Assembly (NCBI GenBank): GCA_001643675.2
Contig: LSRY02000026.1
Coordinates: 1,240,001 to 1,304,000, forward strand
DNA length: 64,000 nt
DNA from: Monocercomonoides exilis PA203
Taxonomy: Eukaryota; Protista; Preaxostyla
Direction: 5' to 3'
Shown here: positions 1-18,777 of the stretch, in pieces
How the letters are laid out: each line of letters begins with the position of its first letter
Numbering within the stretch: position 1 is the first letter of the stretch
Position numbers and translations under genes: made by a program
Notes under the pieces: model-generated
What the model was told of the DNA's origin: nothing
Database searches by the model: none
The model's input: the letters and a program-made list of their open reading frames with translations, nothing else

Positions 1-953
1 TTCTGATGAACAAATCAATAACTCCCCCTCCAACTTCATTCGATATTGTCAAGGAAGATAGGTATCATCAGAACATAAACGGAAATGCGGAAAGTAAAGC
101 ATTGTCAGAGGACAACTGTTATACAATTCGCGAGGTTAATTCAATATTGTATGATTAGGACTTCAATTCCCAATGCACAAGCACTTCATTTAATTCATAA
201 CTTTCATGTCATATACTGCGACTCTCACCTGTTTAATTTATATTTCCACAGGAAACACTCCTGTTCACTCTTTCATATCACTTTTAATTTCCATTGTTGT
301 TTATGTTCTTTGGCGTTATGCAATTTTTTCTCTTTATGTTTTGATGTTTATTTAAAAAATAGGAATTTTTCTATTTGTTAAAATTTTTCATATAAGATTT
401 TTTAACTAAAAGAAAATACAATAAAAGTTTATTTTTGCCCCGATGTTTGAAGGGCAAGAGCCCTCTTCTTTAGTTTTTCTACCTTCTTTCTTATATCTGC
501 CATGTCTTTTGATAGACTTTTTATTTTACTTTGATAATGTGGTATTTTTTGAAACTATATGATGATGTTAAAAAAAAATAAGATGATAAAAAGTCGGAAC
601 TTCGAAGTAATTGATAAACAAACTGTTTCAGCTATATCAACTAAAGAACTCTGCGCAGTATCCGTATACATGGAATTTTCAGCTCGTAGCAGCTTTAAAA
701 GATTAATTTGTAAATCCCTAAATGATTGAAGTTGTGTTATCAACAAATTTGACAAATATTGCTTTAATAAATACCTCGTTTCCTTCAATATTGTTTCGAC
801 TCTATCAAAGCCTAAAATGCGACGTATCAAGCAAAAGTTATTTTTAATACAAAAATGCAAAAACCATCTTTGTGAACATCATCTATAAGTTTTCCAATTT
901 CATTGTTATTGTGATCCATTTTCGATCATGAGATAAATTAAAATATTAGAAAT

Positions 954-3900
954 ATGAAAAAAGCAAATATATTACCAACTGAATGCATTCTCAAAGGGAA
1001 AAATATTGAAAAATCGTTATCATCTAGATTGTTAATAGTTGGTGCTGGAGGAATTGGATGCGAAGTTCTCAAATGCCTTGTTTTAGCTGGATTTAATAAT
1101 TTAGTTATTGTTTGAAAAATTTTTCAAATCAATTGCAACTGAAACTGCATTATTTTAATTGAAAGATTGACCTTGATACAATAGATGTGTCAAATTTAAA
1201 TCGACAATTTTTATTTCGCCCAGAGCATGTTGGGAAAAGCAAAGCACTTGTTTGGTAATTATTTTGAAAGAAGCAATTCATGTTAACAATTTTTTAAAAC
1301 AGATGGCGCGTGAGGCGCTTATGAAGATAAATCCAAATGCACATATTGAAGCTTATTGCGATAATATTATGTCAGCAAAATTTGATATTACATTCTTTCA
1401 AAGTTTTTTCTGTATCTTGAATGCTCTTGATAATATCGGTATTGAACAAATTTTAATGTTTTCATCGCACTTTTTATTAAATATTAAGATGCAAGACGAC
1501 ATGTTAACACGATGTGTGTTCTTGCAAATAGACCATTGATAGAAAGTGGCACTTCTGGCGTTCTTGGGCAAGTTATCCCAATTTTTCCTGTTTGAAACAG
1601 AAAGTTGCTTAATATTTGCATTTCATTTATTTTTATTTCTTTATTTTTATTAATATTTTTTATTTTTATTCTTATGCTTGCAAATTCAAATTGTGAAAAA
1701 TATTTTTCAGAGATGTTCTGAGTGTTATTCATGCACAGCGAAGCCCGTGCCGAAGCAATATCCAATCTGCACCATCAGGAACCATCCATCATTACCAATT
1801 CATACTCATGCGTGGGCGCACATGCTGTGGAAAGTTCTTTTTGGCGCTGGAGAAAGCGAAACAGATAACTTTTTGAGGGATGGAGAAGGTATTCTCTTTT
1901 GTTCAATAAGAGAGAGTGGATTGTTATATATTTCAATATTATTTTGATTGAGAAAGGGAAAGCGAAATCAATTAATAATTTTTTATTTTAATAGAAAATC
2001 ATTAAAATTGTTCATTTTTTTAATGCATCTATTGTTATGCATCATTTATTTCAGCATCGCATCCTTTGCTTAGCTCTGTCTGGAATTGGATAACAGTTGA
2101 ACCTGCTGCAAAATCACAGTCAGGAAGCGCAAAGCGTGAATTGACATCTTCACAGAAGCAGCAACTATACCAAAGAGCAACACAACTGTTTCATAAGGTG
2201 TGAAATTCGATGCTATGAAATGAAATAAAATAAAATAAAATAAAATAAAATAAAATAAAATAAAATGAATAAATAAATAAGAAAGATTAAAAGAAAAAAA
2301 AGGATTGCTATAACTTTTGTTGTTATTATTATTATTATTATTATTATGAAAAACATTATTATTATTTAAAAAAATATTTTTTTTGGTTTTTTATTTGATT
2401 TTTGTGTTAAAGATTTTTTCTGAAGATATTGTGTCACTCATTGAAATGAAAGCAGATAAAAGCCAATCAGATAATTCATCTTCGGCAGCTTCTCAAACAA
2501 AGACCTCGGATTCCTCTTCAAACGCTTCTTCTTCTTCTTCTGATACTTCTTCTTCTTCTACAACTCATTCAGCTTCACCACGTTTTCCTCAGCCAGTCAG
2601 CAATCTTCTTCCTTCTTCTTTTTCCATCCCTGAAGATGTTTCTCAGTGCAACATGGTTTGGCATAAATACAGTTGTTAACTTCATATTTTTTGTTTTCTT
2701 TTCGTTTTATTTCTTTTTTTATCTTCTTTTTCTATTTCTACTTTTTTTTTTGAATATCGTGTATATTTTATTTTTAAAACATTGTTTTATTGCTATTTGA
2801 TTTAAAAATTCTATTTTATGCAAATGATCAATCAATCATAAAAACATCCTTTCTTTTCTTTTCTTTTCTTTTCTTTTCTTTTCTTTTCTTTTTGACATCA
2901 CTTTGAAATGTGAACAGATTCCATCAGGTGTTGAAGCAGATATGGCAACCCAATCATTGGCTGATCTTTCTCTCACTTTCATTCGAAGGTTTGTCTTCTC
3001 AATGTGGTTATTGTTTCAGTGAATTTTTCTTCTTATTTTTTTTTTTCCTTTTTTTATTAAAATAATTCTTGTAAATATTCATTTTCGCTTATTTTCATAA
3101 CACTGACTTCATTTCCGTCAAACTTGGCTTATCTAATATATGATGAATAATGCTTTGTTATTTATTCACATATGCATTTATGAACATGTCCATTCTATAA
3201 AATTCAGTGCTGTTGAGATTGGAGCACGATGCCTGACGGAGTGTGAGACTCAAGATGATGCGCCTTCATTCAGCAAAGACGATTCACTTTCACTAAAGTT
3301 TGTTTTTATTTATATCGTCTTGATGATTATGCTTTGGGAAATGTTTATATGTTTTGAAATTTTTGTATTAATCTTTATTTCTTTCTTTTTATTTTAACAA
3401 TGATGATTCAATGGATTTTATTGTTACTGAACATTTTCCAATTTACTTGCATATCTCTTCAAACTGCAAATATTGTTGTTTCATTCTGTTTCTCGCAACA
3501 AAAACAGTTTTGTATTTGCAGCTGCGAACTTGAGATCTGCTTCGTTCAACATTCCTTTCCAAAACAGATACACATCAAAATGTTTGCAAGAGAAAAGATA
3601 ATTCTTTTTCTTTTCTTTTTCTTTTCTTTTTCTTTTCTTTTTCTTTTCTTTTTTGTCAATTGCATTTTCTTTTATTGTCTTTATTCTTCATTCTGTTTTT
3701 CTTATTTTTGCGATTTCAACTAACTTTATCACTAATTGTTTTAAATTGTTATGATTATTATTAATAATCTTTTCTTCTTCTTCTTCTTCTTCTTCTTCTT
3801 CTTCTTCTCATAAAAATAGCCCTTGTATCTTCGATCGTTCCATCTGTTGCAGCAACCAATGCGATTGCAGGTGGCCTTGTTGTTTCTTCTCTAATGAACA

Positions 3901-5209
3901 TTGTGGCTGTGCATTACAAAATGCAGTCTGAATCCAAGAAATCTTCGTGCAAAGAAGAATGCTGCAAAGAAAGCGAAAAAGGCAAAGTTGAAAAAATGGA
4001 ATGTAAAAAAGAGGTGAATGATGAAGTGGAATTGAAAAAACAAAAGAGAGGAAGAGATGGTCCAAAGGAAGATGAATCTGTGAATGAGAAAGAGAGCTTA
4101 ATTCAAGTTGTGGAAGAAAATGCAGAGGAACGGGAAAAACAAAATGAGTTTTTGAAGCAATGTGCATCTGCTTTGAAAATGGCATGTGATTCATTCATTT
4201 TCTTTCTTTCTTTCTTTTTCCTTTTTTTCCTTTTCTTTTTTTATTTTATTTTATTTTATTTTATTTTATTTTATTTTATTTGAAATTGTCGATTTATTCT
4301 TTATTTGATTAACTCAATTTGGCAAATAATCTTTTTCATTTAAAATGCTTTCTTATTATTTTTGCTTCATTATACAATATTCCAGTGCTTCATTCAATCC
4401 ATCCCTTCAAATGGACGATTACTAACATCGTCCTCACTCTCTCTGCCAAACCCCGAATGCGCCATCTGCTCAAAGCGAATCATCAATGTATTTCAACTTC
4501 TGTTTTTTTTTTTTTTTGTTTTATTTTTTATTTTATTTAATTAAAAATTATAATTTTCTTCAAATTATCTTTCTGTATTTATTATAATTAATGACTGTTA
4601 TTTTGATAACAATTTATAAATTTGAAATTTCTTTTCAGGTGAATGTGGATGTTGATAAAGTGACTGTTGGTGAGTTTTGTGAGGAGATTTTGAAATCGTA
4701 TCTGAATATGGAAATCCCCACCTTGTTCCTCGGTAGTAAGTTTGTTGTTAAAACATTCTGTATTTTTGGTTTTGAGCATATTTTTTATGAGATGGGAGAA
4801 TATATTTTCAAATCATTAAAAGTTTTTCGGTTCCCGCTGAATTTAGATTTAATGTCTTTTTTTAATATAAATTAATTTTTTGACTTTGATGAAATATTTA
4901 TGTGTTATTCATTCTTTTTTTTTCACCTTTATCGGTTTTTGTTAACTGATTTGAAATGAAATATGAATCACTCAACAAATTTTCATCTCATTCAGAATGA
5001 TATTGGACAGCGATGTGGATGAAGACGAAGACGCTGAGCAAGCACTCGAAAAGCAGAAATCCAACATTTTAGCTGCAGTTGGGGTTTCTCATGCCTCTCT
5101 TCTCACAGCAATTGATTCGGAAGATGGAACAGAAGTGCATCTGTTTATTTCGCATGTAACTGATTTTTTTCAATCAAAAAGGATGAAGCGACTTAAAGAG
5201 GAAAGATGA
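954..5209 (+). CDS. UBA2: SUMO-activating enzyme subunit 2 (E1, UBA2/SAE2), multi-exon
   Basis: ATG at 954. Spliced exons give [14 protein letters not shown] (nucleotide-binding), [34 protein letters not shown], Zn motif ECYSC, catalytic-Cys motif [27 protein letters not shown], second Zn pair PNPECAIC and a C-terminal UFD-like exon ending TGA at 5209. Short GT..AG introns separate them; internal exon boundaries are approximate. Confidence 0.9.
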
Positions 5210-6229
5210 AGCGAAAATGGGTAAAGATAAATCGAATAATACAATATTGACTGTGACATTTTATGAAATTATTTGTTGTGATGTGAATCAAATTGAAATG
5301 ATCATTGTGAAATTTTTTGCAAACCGAAAATTTTTGCTCACATCATGATGAACAACTCTGAAAAATTCTTTATTTTTGTCACACATTTTTGATGTTTAAT
5401 TATAAATTTAAAAAAATTAGATTATAAATTCATTTCTCCAACATTTATTCTTAAAATAATAACTTTTGTCTTATCAAAACAGTTCTTCAGTGGGACAAAA
5501 TCCAGAAACAAGAAACAATAAAAATCGTTTTGTAAAAAAAACAATATTTAAAATTTAAAAAAAATGAAAATAAAAAATATAAAAAGAGATAGAGAAACAG
5601 CACATTTTATTTTTCAGAACAAATGAATACTTGAATTTTTTAAATTTATTTTTAACTATTTTTTTCAAATATCAATGATGTATATATTGTTCAATATAGA
5701 AAACAAACATCATGATAAGAATTATTTGAGTATGTTTGTATTTCATCTTTTGCAAATTCAAACAAAACAATTATAAACTAACTGTTGACTTAAATTTCAT
5801 CGCAATCACTTAGCAGTTATCAAAAATATCAAAGACATCAGTTGATAATATCATTATTTGGATACAAAATGTTATAGAATACAATTACAATTATTTTTTT
5901 TTATCCTTTTTCACTTTTATAATCTTCAAAATAATTTTGAAGATGTTAATTTTGATAGGAATGATTGTTTTTGATATCGTATCGTTTTGGAAAATGAAAA
6001 TTTTTTTTAGGTTCTTTGTCATTCACTTTTAAATTATCTGTGAATATTTTTTTTAATTCAAAATAATCTTAAGCCACTGTTTGAGAAAGAAAAAATCAAC
6101 GATTTCATTTTGCGGTTTAATCTCATTTCTGCGTTTATGTCCAAACAATATATTATTTCTTTTGAAAAATCACTTTCGTGAAATTTTCAATTTTAATAAA
6201 AACTGCAAATATTGTTAACATATTTTTTG

Positions 6230-7157
<928 letters not shown>

Positions 7158-7312
7158 ACATTTTTTTCATAGTCACAAAATTTTTTTGTAAAGGAATCAT
7201 TTATATTGACAATTGTTTTTCACTCCATGTGTGTCAAAAAAAATGAGTTAGTCCAGAAATTTGAACAAAGTCAGCATGCCTTTATTTCAACAATTTTGTG
7301 AAAGTGGTACTC

Positions 7313-7348
<36 letters not shown>

Positions 7349-8284
7349 AAATTCAAATTAAGAATAACTTATATATTTGAAATATAATTTCAAATAGAAA
7401 TCACTGTTAGTTAAAATTTGATTTCAAAAATATTTTCTCATATATCGAGATGACAATAAAGTTGATTTCAAAATGGAAAATTTTATGAAATTTTATTCAA
7501 CGAATTCTTCATTGAATTGTTCGTTTTTTTTAGGAATTTTGTTGTTAAATTTCATGTGCAAATAATGATTTAGAAAAAAAGTTTTTTTAATAAATTCAAT
7601 TTTTGCTTTGCTTAATAATTTCCATTTGGAAAAAAGAAAGAAAAAACTGTAAAAAACTTCGAACTGAAACAGCAAAATAGATAATCACATTGATAAACGT
7701 GAATTCAATGGCTCATAACATATCACAGGGACCATGAATGCAACATTTCAAAAAAGCTAACATTCAATTAAATATTAATTTCCACAAAATATGAATAAAA
7801 TCCAGAATATTGTTAGGGAAAAATAAACAGATAAATAAAAAGAGAAAGTAGGATGGATAAAAGCACAATGAAAAATCAATCAATTTATTTTTTTTTTTTG
7901 AAAACTTCAAAACTTCAAACAGGCTGCCAAATAATCATCTTGAGGTAATCAATAGAAAATCAGATGAAAATGATTTTGCCAAAACCGATTTTCTAAAAAC
8001 ATGTGCATGATGAAAACATTACTTCTTATCATCTATTTGAAGAAGAAGAAGAGGAAGAAGAAGAATTCCAATAAGAAAAAGGCAACCCTCCAAAAACAAA
8101 ATTGCATTCTTCGTTTGAAGAAGCAGCAGCTGACTCTATCAGCAACAGAAGCTCAGAAGCAGTTGGAGGAGAATACGAAGGAAAATGAGTGGTTGAATCA
8201 AGAGGTGTATCTGAAGATGTGGAAAGAGAAAATGAAGTCTAAGGAGAAGGAGAACGAGAGGAAGAAAAAGAATGAGAAAAATGA

Positions 8285-11470
<3,186 letters not shown>

Positions 11471-11512
11471 TAAAATGTTCAAAAAAAAACTGATTTTTGA
11501 TCATAAAAACAT

Positions 11513-11585
11513 TGCCCCAGGTCGGTTTCGATCCAACTACCTGCAGATCTTCAGTCTGACACTCTACCAATTGAGCTACTAGGGC
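11513..11585 (-). tRNA. tRNA-Phe (GAA)
   Basis: Reverse complement GCCCTAGTAGCTCAATTGGTAGAGTGTCAGACTGAAGATCTGCAGGTAGTTGGATCGAAACCGACCTGGGGCA folds as a cloverleaf with anticodon GAA. T-runs follow as a Pol III terminator. Confidence 0.93.
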
Positions 11586-12203
11586 ATATACGGTTAGAAC
11601 TTTTCTGAATTGAGTGTGTCACTTCAAATTCATCACGAAAATTTAATTTGGAACAATCTAATCGAAATTTCATCCATCTTTTTCAAATTAGCATCATCTT
11701 TTTTTTATCGTTTTCAGGAATTATCAAATTTTCCATGTTGATCAAACATTTTTTCACTTTTTGTATATCTATGTTGAAAGAAAAAATTGTGTTGCCAAAT
11801 TTTAAAAGTGTGTTTATGATGTTTCTATTAATCAGTTTCCACATCGTTTTTCTTTGTTAAATCTGTTCAAGTAGCCGAATTCGTTTATATTCATTTTTAG
11901 TGTTTTCTATAATGTTAATCAACATTCTTCAATTTATTGAAAGCAAATTTTGCATATTAACTAAAATCGAAATATTTCTTAATCATCTGAGGGGAAATTT
12001 TTATTGTTTTGTGAAATAATGAAATTCGCCTTGGTTCAAATTGTGAATTTCATCAATTTCAAATAAAATGTACCTTTTTACATATCATTTTATATTTTTT
12101 TACTATGAAATCATAAATAAAAATAAAAAAAAATCTTTAACAGTTTGTTTTTGTTAAAAATTAGATTGTGTCGGTGTGTTTTTCTAATAAAAAAATAAAA
12201 GCA

Positions 12204-13788
12204 TTAATTATGACTCGATAGCAGCTCCTGTAACACGCTGGGTGTAATTCTTTTTTCTTTCTGGCGAGTTAATGAAGCAGAAGCAGCAGTAGAAGAAGAA
12301 GCAGAAGAAGAAGCTGAAGCGTAAGAAGAAGAAGAAGGAGTAGAAGAAGGAAAAATTGAAGGAAAACAATCAGATGATGAAGAATTAAAAGATCTAATCG
12401 ATTTCCACTGATTTGGTGAATGCCACGATTTGGAAAAATCTTCATGATCATCAATTGCAATTTCTTTTTCTTTTTCATTAATTATTTTCTTATTTCTTTC
12501 TTCTTTTTCAATGATCTTCAATTTTTCTTTTCTCTCATTTTCATTCTTTTCTAAGGAAACTCGAATATCTAGTTCTTCATCGATATCAGAAGATTCTAAA
12601 ATGATAATAATTGATATTTGTTTGATACAAAAAATTCAGAGAATTCTTATTGTCAATAAAAAATAGAGAAAAAAAGAAAAGCAGGCCTTCTTCTTGAACA
12701 TGAAGTGACGTGCTTTTGGAGGACGGTAAGGAATCTGGATCGAGTCGATTTTTTAGTCGAATTCTATATTGTTCGTTGGATCTTTGTTTTGCTTCATGCC
12801 TCTGAATGTTTTGAACTTGAAGATCGGTGATAATACGAAGATTTGCTTCCATATCGCTCGCAGTTAGCGGGTTTTGTAAATTATGGAAATTTGTAAGACA
12901 AACTGCTACAGCAAAATAACTTCCAATTTTGTCAATATCAAAAGGCCAGTTTTGTCGAAAAACAGCAAAAGTCGTTTTCATACGTCCAAAAAATCTTTCG
13001 ATTATAACCCTATGTTTCGCCAACTCTGGGGTTCCTACTGGTTTTGTTATGACTGCACCAAATTCCGACTTCGATCCTATATATGCCGAATCTGCAATAG
13101 TTTTTGATCCTCCAAGTTTTGAACAGAATATGGGAAAATGGTCCTTGAAAATGGTATAGTTATGGGTTAAACCCGGGTTAATGTCACTAATTGTACTGGC
13201 AGTTCCTTCTTTTTAATTCACTCCAACTTCAACCTTTGTGCAATATATATGGTGTTTTCCACTAAAGAATTTCTTTCCATTTGATAATGTTCCTTCTTGT
13301 CTGTTTGTCGGAATTATCGTGCAACCCACAGCCAGCGCCACATCTCTTAATTCGTCAACACGATCTGGCCTATATGTTTAAATAATATCAATAAGCGGAA
13401 GTTTGATATCTCGAACAATGCTGTGAAGAAGTTGTGTTGTTGCTCCAAGAGTTTCGTAGAATGATGATGCTAGTTGATGAGTAAGAGTTGTGGAACCCAG
13501 ATGAAGAAAATTGAGAAGAAGAAATAGTTGATCATCAAAATTGCTAATTGATTTTTCTCTTCCTCTATGTTGAATTGTTTCGTGTTGGATAATTCGAAGA
13601 AGAAGATCAAATTCGTTTCTGGTAAAACCAGTGAGACGAAAGAACCCTCGCAAAGGGTCTTCAATACGTTTTAATGCATATTGGATTACTGTTTCTTTTT
13701 TGATTTCATTTTTAATTTCAACGTGTTGCGGAAGTGCGATTCTTTTTTCCACGTGTTCCAAAATATCCGTATTTTTGTTTTGAGACAT
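12204..13788 (-). pseudogene. PIF/Harbinger-ISL2EU-like DDE transposase (DDE_Tnp_4 type), copy 1, disrupted
   Basis: Motifs FFRLTGFTRNEF, DDQLFLLLNFLH, KKFFSGKHHIYC, ADSAYIG, HRVIIERFFGRMK. Frameshift near 13378, in-frame TAA near 13213, first catalytic Asp replaced (AVGCT vs VLDGT/VLDCT). Putative intron then a last exon with WHSPNQWKSI..KRITPSVLQELL. Confidence 0.85.
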
Positions 13789-15569
13789 TGCAAAAAAACA
13801 CTCTTATACTGGTAATTGATCACAATTCCAATACTCATAAATCGGTTTGAGGATCAATTTCCCAAAATTTTATCAATTGAAATATACTGAATCAATTTGA
13901 AATTGATTATGACTTATTGAAATTAGATTATCATAAACACAATTTAGTTTGTCCACAAATGAAATTGATAGAGAAAATTTGGAAAAGGTCTATCAGAACT
14001 TGATTAATTTGACTGAGTCACGAAAATGAGACTCAGTCAAATCGATTTATGTCTAATTTATCGAATTTTGCGAATTTTTAATTGAATTTCCCTCAATCTC
14101 ACCAAGGGCGAAATTGTGATTTTTATGATCACGAATTGTGATCAAACATTTTTTTGTTTTGTTCATATTTTGACCTGCAAAATCATGTTGATGTTGATTT
14201 TTTAATATGCTGTTTATTAAATTATGTATTTTCAGTATTTAATTATTTTTTTGTTGTTTTTTTGGTTTGGTTCTGTTTTTTGAGAACTTGATTTTTTTGT
14301 TATTGTGACTCAGTCATCAGCTTTTTCTGTTGATAAAAAGCCAAATTAGTTTTTGTTTTGTACAATTAACATTTGCAGTTTCAAAATTTTTGTAGTTTTT
14401 CAATATTTTTTTGGAATTAACCTTTTTTGGATTTTCTTTTGTTATTTGAGTTTAAAACTTAATCATTTTTTTATATTCTTCCACATCGAACAAAAAATAA
14501 TAAGAAAATATAATTTCAAAGATTCTTTTTTTGCAATTTTTCTTTTTTCTGAAAGTTATTGAGAAATGTTAAAAACATTTGAAACTTGTTCTAAATAGTG
14601 TAAAATGAAAAGAAATTAGCTTATATCCTTTTTATAAATCACCAATAATCATTCTCAAACAAAAACAATTTGAATTTCCAATGTTTTCCAAAAAATTTCA
14701 ATAATTTTAATAAACTTACTAAATAAAAAACTTTAAAGAATGAAAAATTATTAAATTCAATCAAAATGATAAAAAACAAAACGGAAATTATCAATTTTTA
14801 TTATCATTTTTTTTTAAAAATTTCTTTGATCATGGCACCCAGAATGGAAATGATCGGATGTGACTGAGTCACATCCAATTTGACTGCGTCTCAATGGCAT
14901 TAGATCGATCTTATTGGATGTTGACCGATCTAATGCCACTTGACTCAGTCAAATCAATCAAGTTCTAATAGGCATTTTTCGAATCTTGGACTAAAAATTA
15001 ATTTGTATAAATAACATAGATGTCAACCTTTTTTTTTTTGGAATTGATTCAATCATATTGGAACTTTCTCAATCTCACTTGGTCCAAAATAGGAATTACG
15101 AAATGTCTGAAAAACTTATCTTATTATTTTTTTGTTTCATCTTTTATTTGATTCCTTCGTTTCGATTATTCACAAAACTTTGATATAATGTGCATCAATA
15201 TTAAATTCATTGTGTTTTGATCTGTTTTCAGCAAATTTTGAGTTTTTTTAAAGTTCAAAAGGTTTGCGTTCATTTCTAACTCTTACACATGATAAACTTA
15301 CGATTGAACATTTAAACGAATTTTTATGATTATTTTCACATGTTTTAAGCTATTAACAGCTGTACCGTTTTATTTTATGTCAGGATCAATAATAATACTT
15401 TTTCAACGTTAATTTCAAATAAAACTCAAGGGAAAACAACGATTTTTGTTTCATTTCAATATTTTTCAAAAATATTTTATGATATACAGACAATAAGTTA
15501 TATTTTTTATTCTCTTTCATTTTTTTTATTAAAAAGGTGAATGATTGAAAAATAGAAAAAAGAAAAGAA

Positions 15570-17098
15570 AAAAACCAATTTCTTTGTTCCAAAAGAAGCC
15601 TTAAAGGACTTGGCGTAATTCTTTTCGCCTTTTCTGGTTCTGATGAACGTGGTGTTGAAGGAAAAGGAGATGAAGAAGATGCAGAAGAAGGTTGGATTGA
15701 TTTCCACTGACCTGGTAAATACCAGGCCATAGAATTATCATCTTCTTCATAATCATTTTCTTCCAAATCAATACTTTTCGTTTCATTTCTATCTTTATCT
15801 TCTTTTTCTTCTTTTTCTTCGATTTTTCGCTTTTCTTTCTTTTCTTCTTCACATTTCTTTTTTAGTGCGCCTTCCTTTTCATTCTGTGAAATATCTGAAT
15901 AAAAAAAATGAGAAAATATAATGGTTGAAAGAGTTATCAAAAAAATCAAATAAAAGATTATGAATATAAATATGGGTAAAGAAATAAATAACAAACTGTC
16001 TATTTGTGCATGTAAAGTAGTTATTGTGGGTGTAATTAACAAGCTCGGATTCAATCTATTTTTCAATTTTATTCGATATCTCTCATTCGCTATTTGTCTT
16101 GCTTTTTGTTTTAGTGAATGCTCCGTCCACAAGTTGTCCAAAATACGCTGATTAGCTTCCCCATCTGCCCTGGTCAACGGATTTCGTAATATATGAAAAT
16201 CTGTCAAACAACAAGCCACACAGAAATAATCTCCAACCCTTTCAACTTCAAATGGCCATTGTCTTCGAAAAACTGAAAAGAGGATCTTCAGACGACCGAA
16301 AAAACGTTCCACGATGACTCGATGAGTCTCTAGCTCTAGCATTCCCTCTATTTTTGTAATGATAGCAGCCAACTCAAGTCTCATACCCACAATAGCTGAG
16401 TAAGCCGATATTTCTTCCTTTCCAAATTGATTCAATTATTGAGGATAGTGATTTTCGAAGAGAGTGAAGTCATGAGAAGAGCTAAAGTTAAATGTGCAGA
16501 TGGAACTCCTTGTCTTTACTTTGAGATAGACTTCAACATCTGCTTTCACACAATATGTGTGATGTTTCCCGCTAAAAAACTTCTTCCCGAAGTCTAATCT
16601 ACCTCCAGGTCTGTTGATGGGAATGATTGTGCCGTCCAAAACAATTCCAACCTCCTTCATCACTTCAATCCTGTCAGGGCGAAATGTCAAAAACATATCT
16701 GCTAATGGAGCTCTGATATGAGAAACAATACTGTGAAGAAGTCGGACAAGAGCGTTTTAAGTTTCATAGAAAAGTGAGGATAATAAAAGTGTGAGTGTTG
16801 TTGAACCGTGATGAAGAAAAGTTAGCAGCAAGAATAACTGTTCATCAAAATTATTGATTGCTTTTTGTTTCCCTCGACGATGAGGAACTTCCATTTGAAG
16901 AATGTGAATAAGAATATCAAATTCTTCTTTTGTGAATCCAGTGAGTCGAAAAAAAGAAGAAACCGGTTCATCAAAAAAGTCACAAGCTTTTTTGATGATG
17001 GAAATTTTTTCTTTCTTTTGAAGTGATTCATTCCGTAGTGGAATAATATTTCTCCTCTCCACACTCTTCAAAACGTCCAAAAAATTTAAATGTGACAT
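15570..17098 (-). pseudogene. PIF/Harbinger-ISL2EU-like DDE transposase, copy 2, disrupted
   Basis: MSHLNFLD start, FFRLTGFTKEEF, GIVLDGTIIPINRP, FFSGKHHTYCVKA, HRVIVERFFGRLK. In-frame stops at 16757 and 16436; second Asp replaced by Tyr. C-terminal WYLPGQWKSI..KRITPSPLRLLL. Confidence 0.85.
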
Positions 17099-18777
17099 TG
17101 TATAAAAAAAGAACAACTTACGTTTGATCAAAACCAAATATTGAAAATTTGCTATTGTCGATCATGATTCCAATTTTTGTGAACAAGTTTTTTATAATCA
17201 AATCAAACAATTCCACTTCAATTCAGTTTTCAAATCAAATTATTGAATGAAATAACATCATGTTAATTCCTTTGAGCAAAATTTAATTGGAATGTCAATT
17301 TTGAAGAAACAACATCTAAGTGAGAAACAAAACAATGAAGCGGATTATACGGGTTAATAAACTTTTTTAGTTCAAAAGAAACAAATCTTTATCTCAATCT
17401 GAACTTTCTTTTATTTAATCAGATTTTAAAATAAAATGGATTTTAATATCTGTTCCCAGGCATCATAGATATTACAACAGAAAGTTTTGTGATCTCTCAA
17501 TTATTTCAAAAAACGTTCCCATTTTTTTCAAATTATTGAACACTAAAAGTCAATAAAAAGTTCATAATTTTTTATTAAAAATACATGGAATTTGTGATAT
17601 TTTGCACCAAATCTTGATTATTTCTAAGTTGACAGCGTGATGGAATGCTCAGAATGTGGTTAGGGTTACATGAAATGTATTTCAATCAATTAACCTTGAT
17701 TTATTCTTTAAAATTGAGCTTCATTATATTCAGTTAAAATTATATGCAATCACTTTATTTTTATCGCAGCTTTATGTTTCAATATCCGATTGTGATTGTT
17801 TACGATGTCGCTTTTCACAGAAAAAAACCACAAATTAATCAATTAATTATGGGTCAATATCACCATTTATTTAAATCCTTCAAAATAGTACTTTTTTCAT
17901 TTATTAGAACAATTTTGATCATTGAAACACATAATTAAAACTAATTTCAACATAATTTTGAAAAATCTAAAAAAATTGAATAATTCGAACAAAAAGTTGA
18001 TTTTTCAATGGAAAATGAACCCGTTAATTAGAAAAATATGTGAATATATCTACATATTTGGCTCTGTTTATATATGGGTAATCATTTTTGTGATCATCCT
18101 TTTTTTCGGGGTAAGTTTATGATTATGAAAAAACAGTTTTCAAACATCAAAAATGCTTTCAGGCATCATGAATAATATCAATCATCAACTTTCAAGACTA
18201 CAATTATAATAAAAAAATGGTTTTTTTTAATGATTATTATTGGATTACCATTATAAAAAACGTAACTTGTTTGATATTTGTCTTTTTTGATGAAAAACAA
18301 CTTTTACGGTTCGCATATATTGCATGAATGTTTATGATCTATTATGATGATGTTGCGCTATCCAATAGAAATGCAATCATTTCAATTTGGAATAATTTTG
18401 TCAAATGTTACTGTTTTGTATAATCGTGAACAAAAATGAAAAACAAAATCACTTTATTGTTTGTTTCAAATATGCAACAACACTATCCAATATTGCATCT
18501 AACTTTGCAATAAATTGAGTGTAAGTTGTTTAATATCTAATAATTCTCTTATTTAACCGAATATTATTGTTGTTATAAAAGTTTCATTGAATTCCATATA
18601 TTTCTCGTTTTCATTTTTTCTTTTCTTTAAAAATGGCATTTTATTCTTCACAGTTATTATCGATTCGCAGTTAAAAAATGTTAATAATGTTTTTTAAAAA
18701 TATAATCTGTCTGTATTTCTAAGTCCAAAAGAAAAATTGTAACAATATTGAATTTGAGACTCATTTTATATAATAAA

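Noticed and set aside
1-860. ORFs 85-381 and 555-860 as genes or a transposase remnant
   Set aside because: No motif I can support; possibly the end of a degraded gene extending beyond the window.
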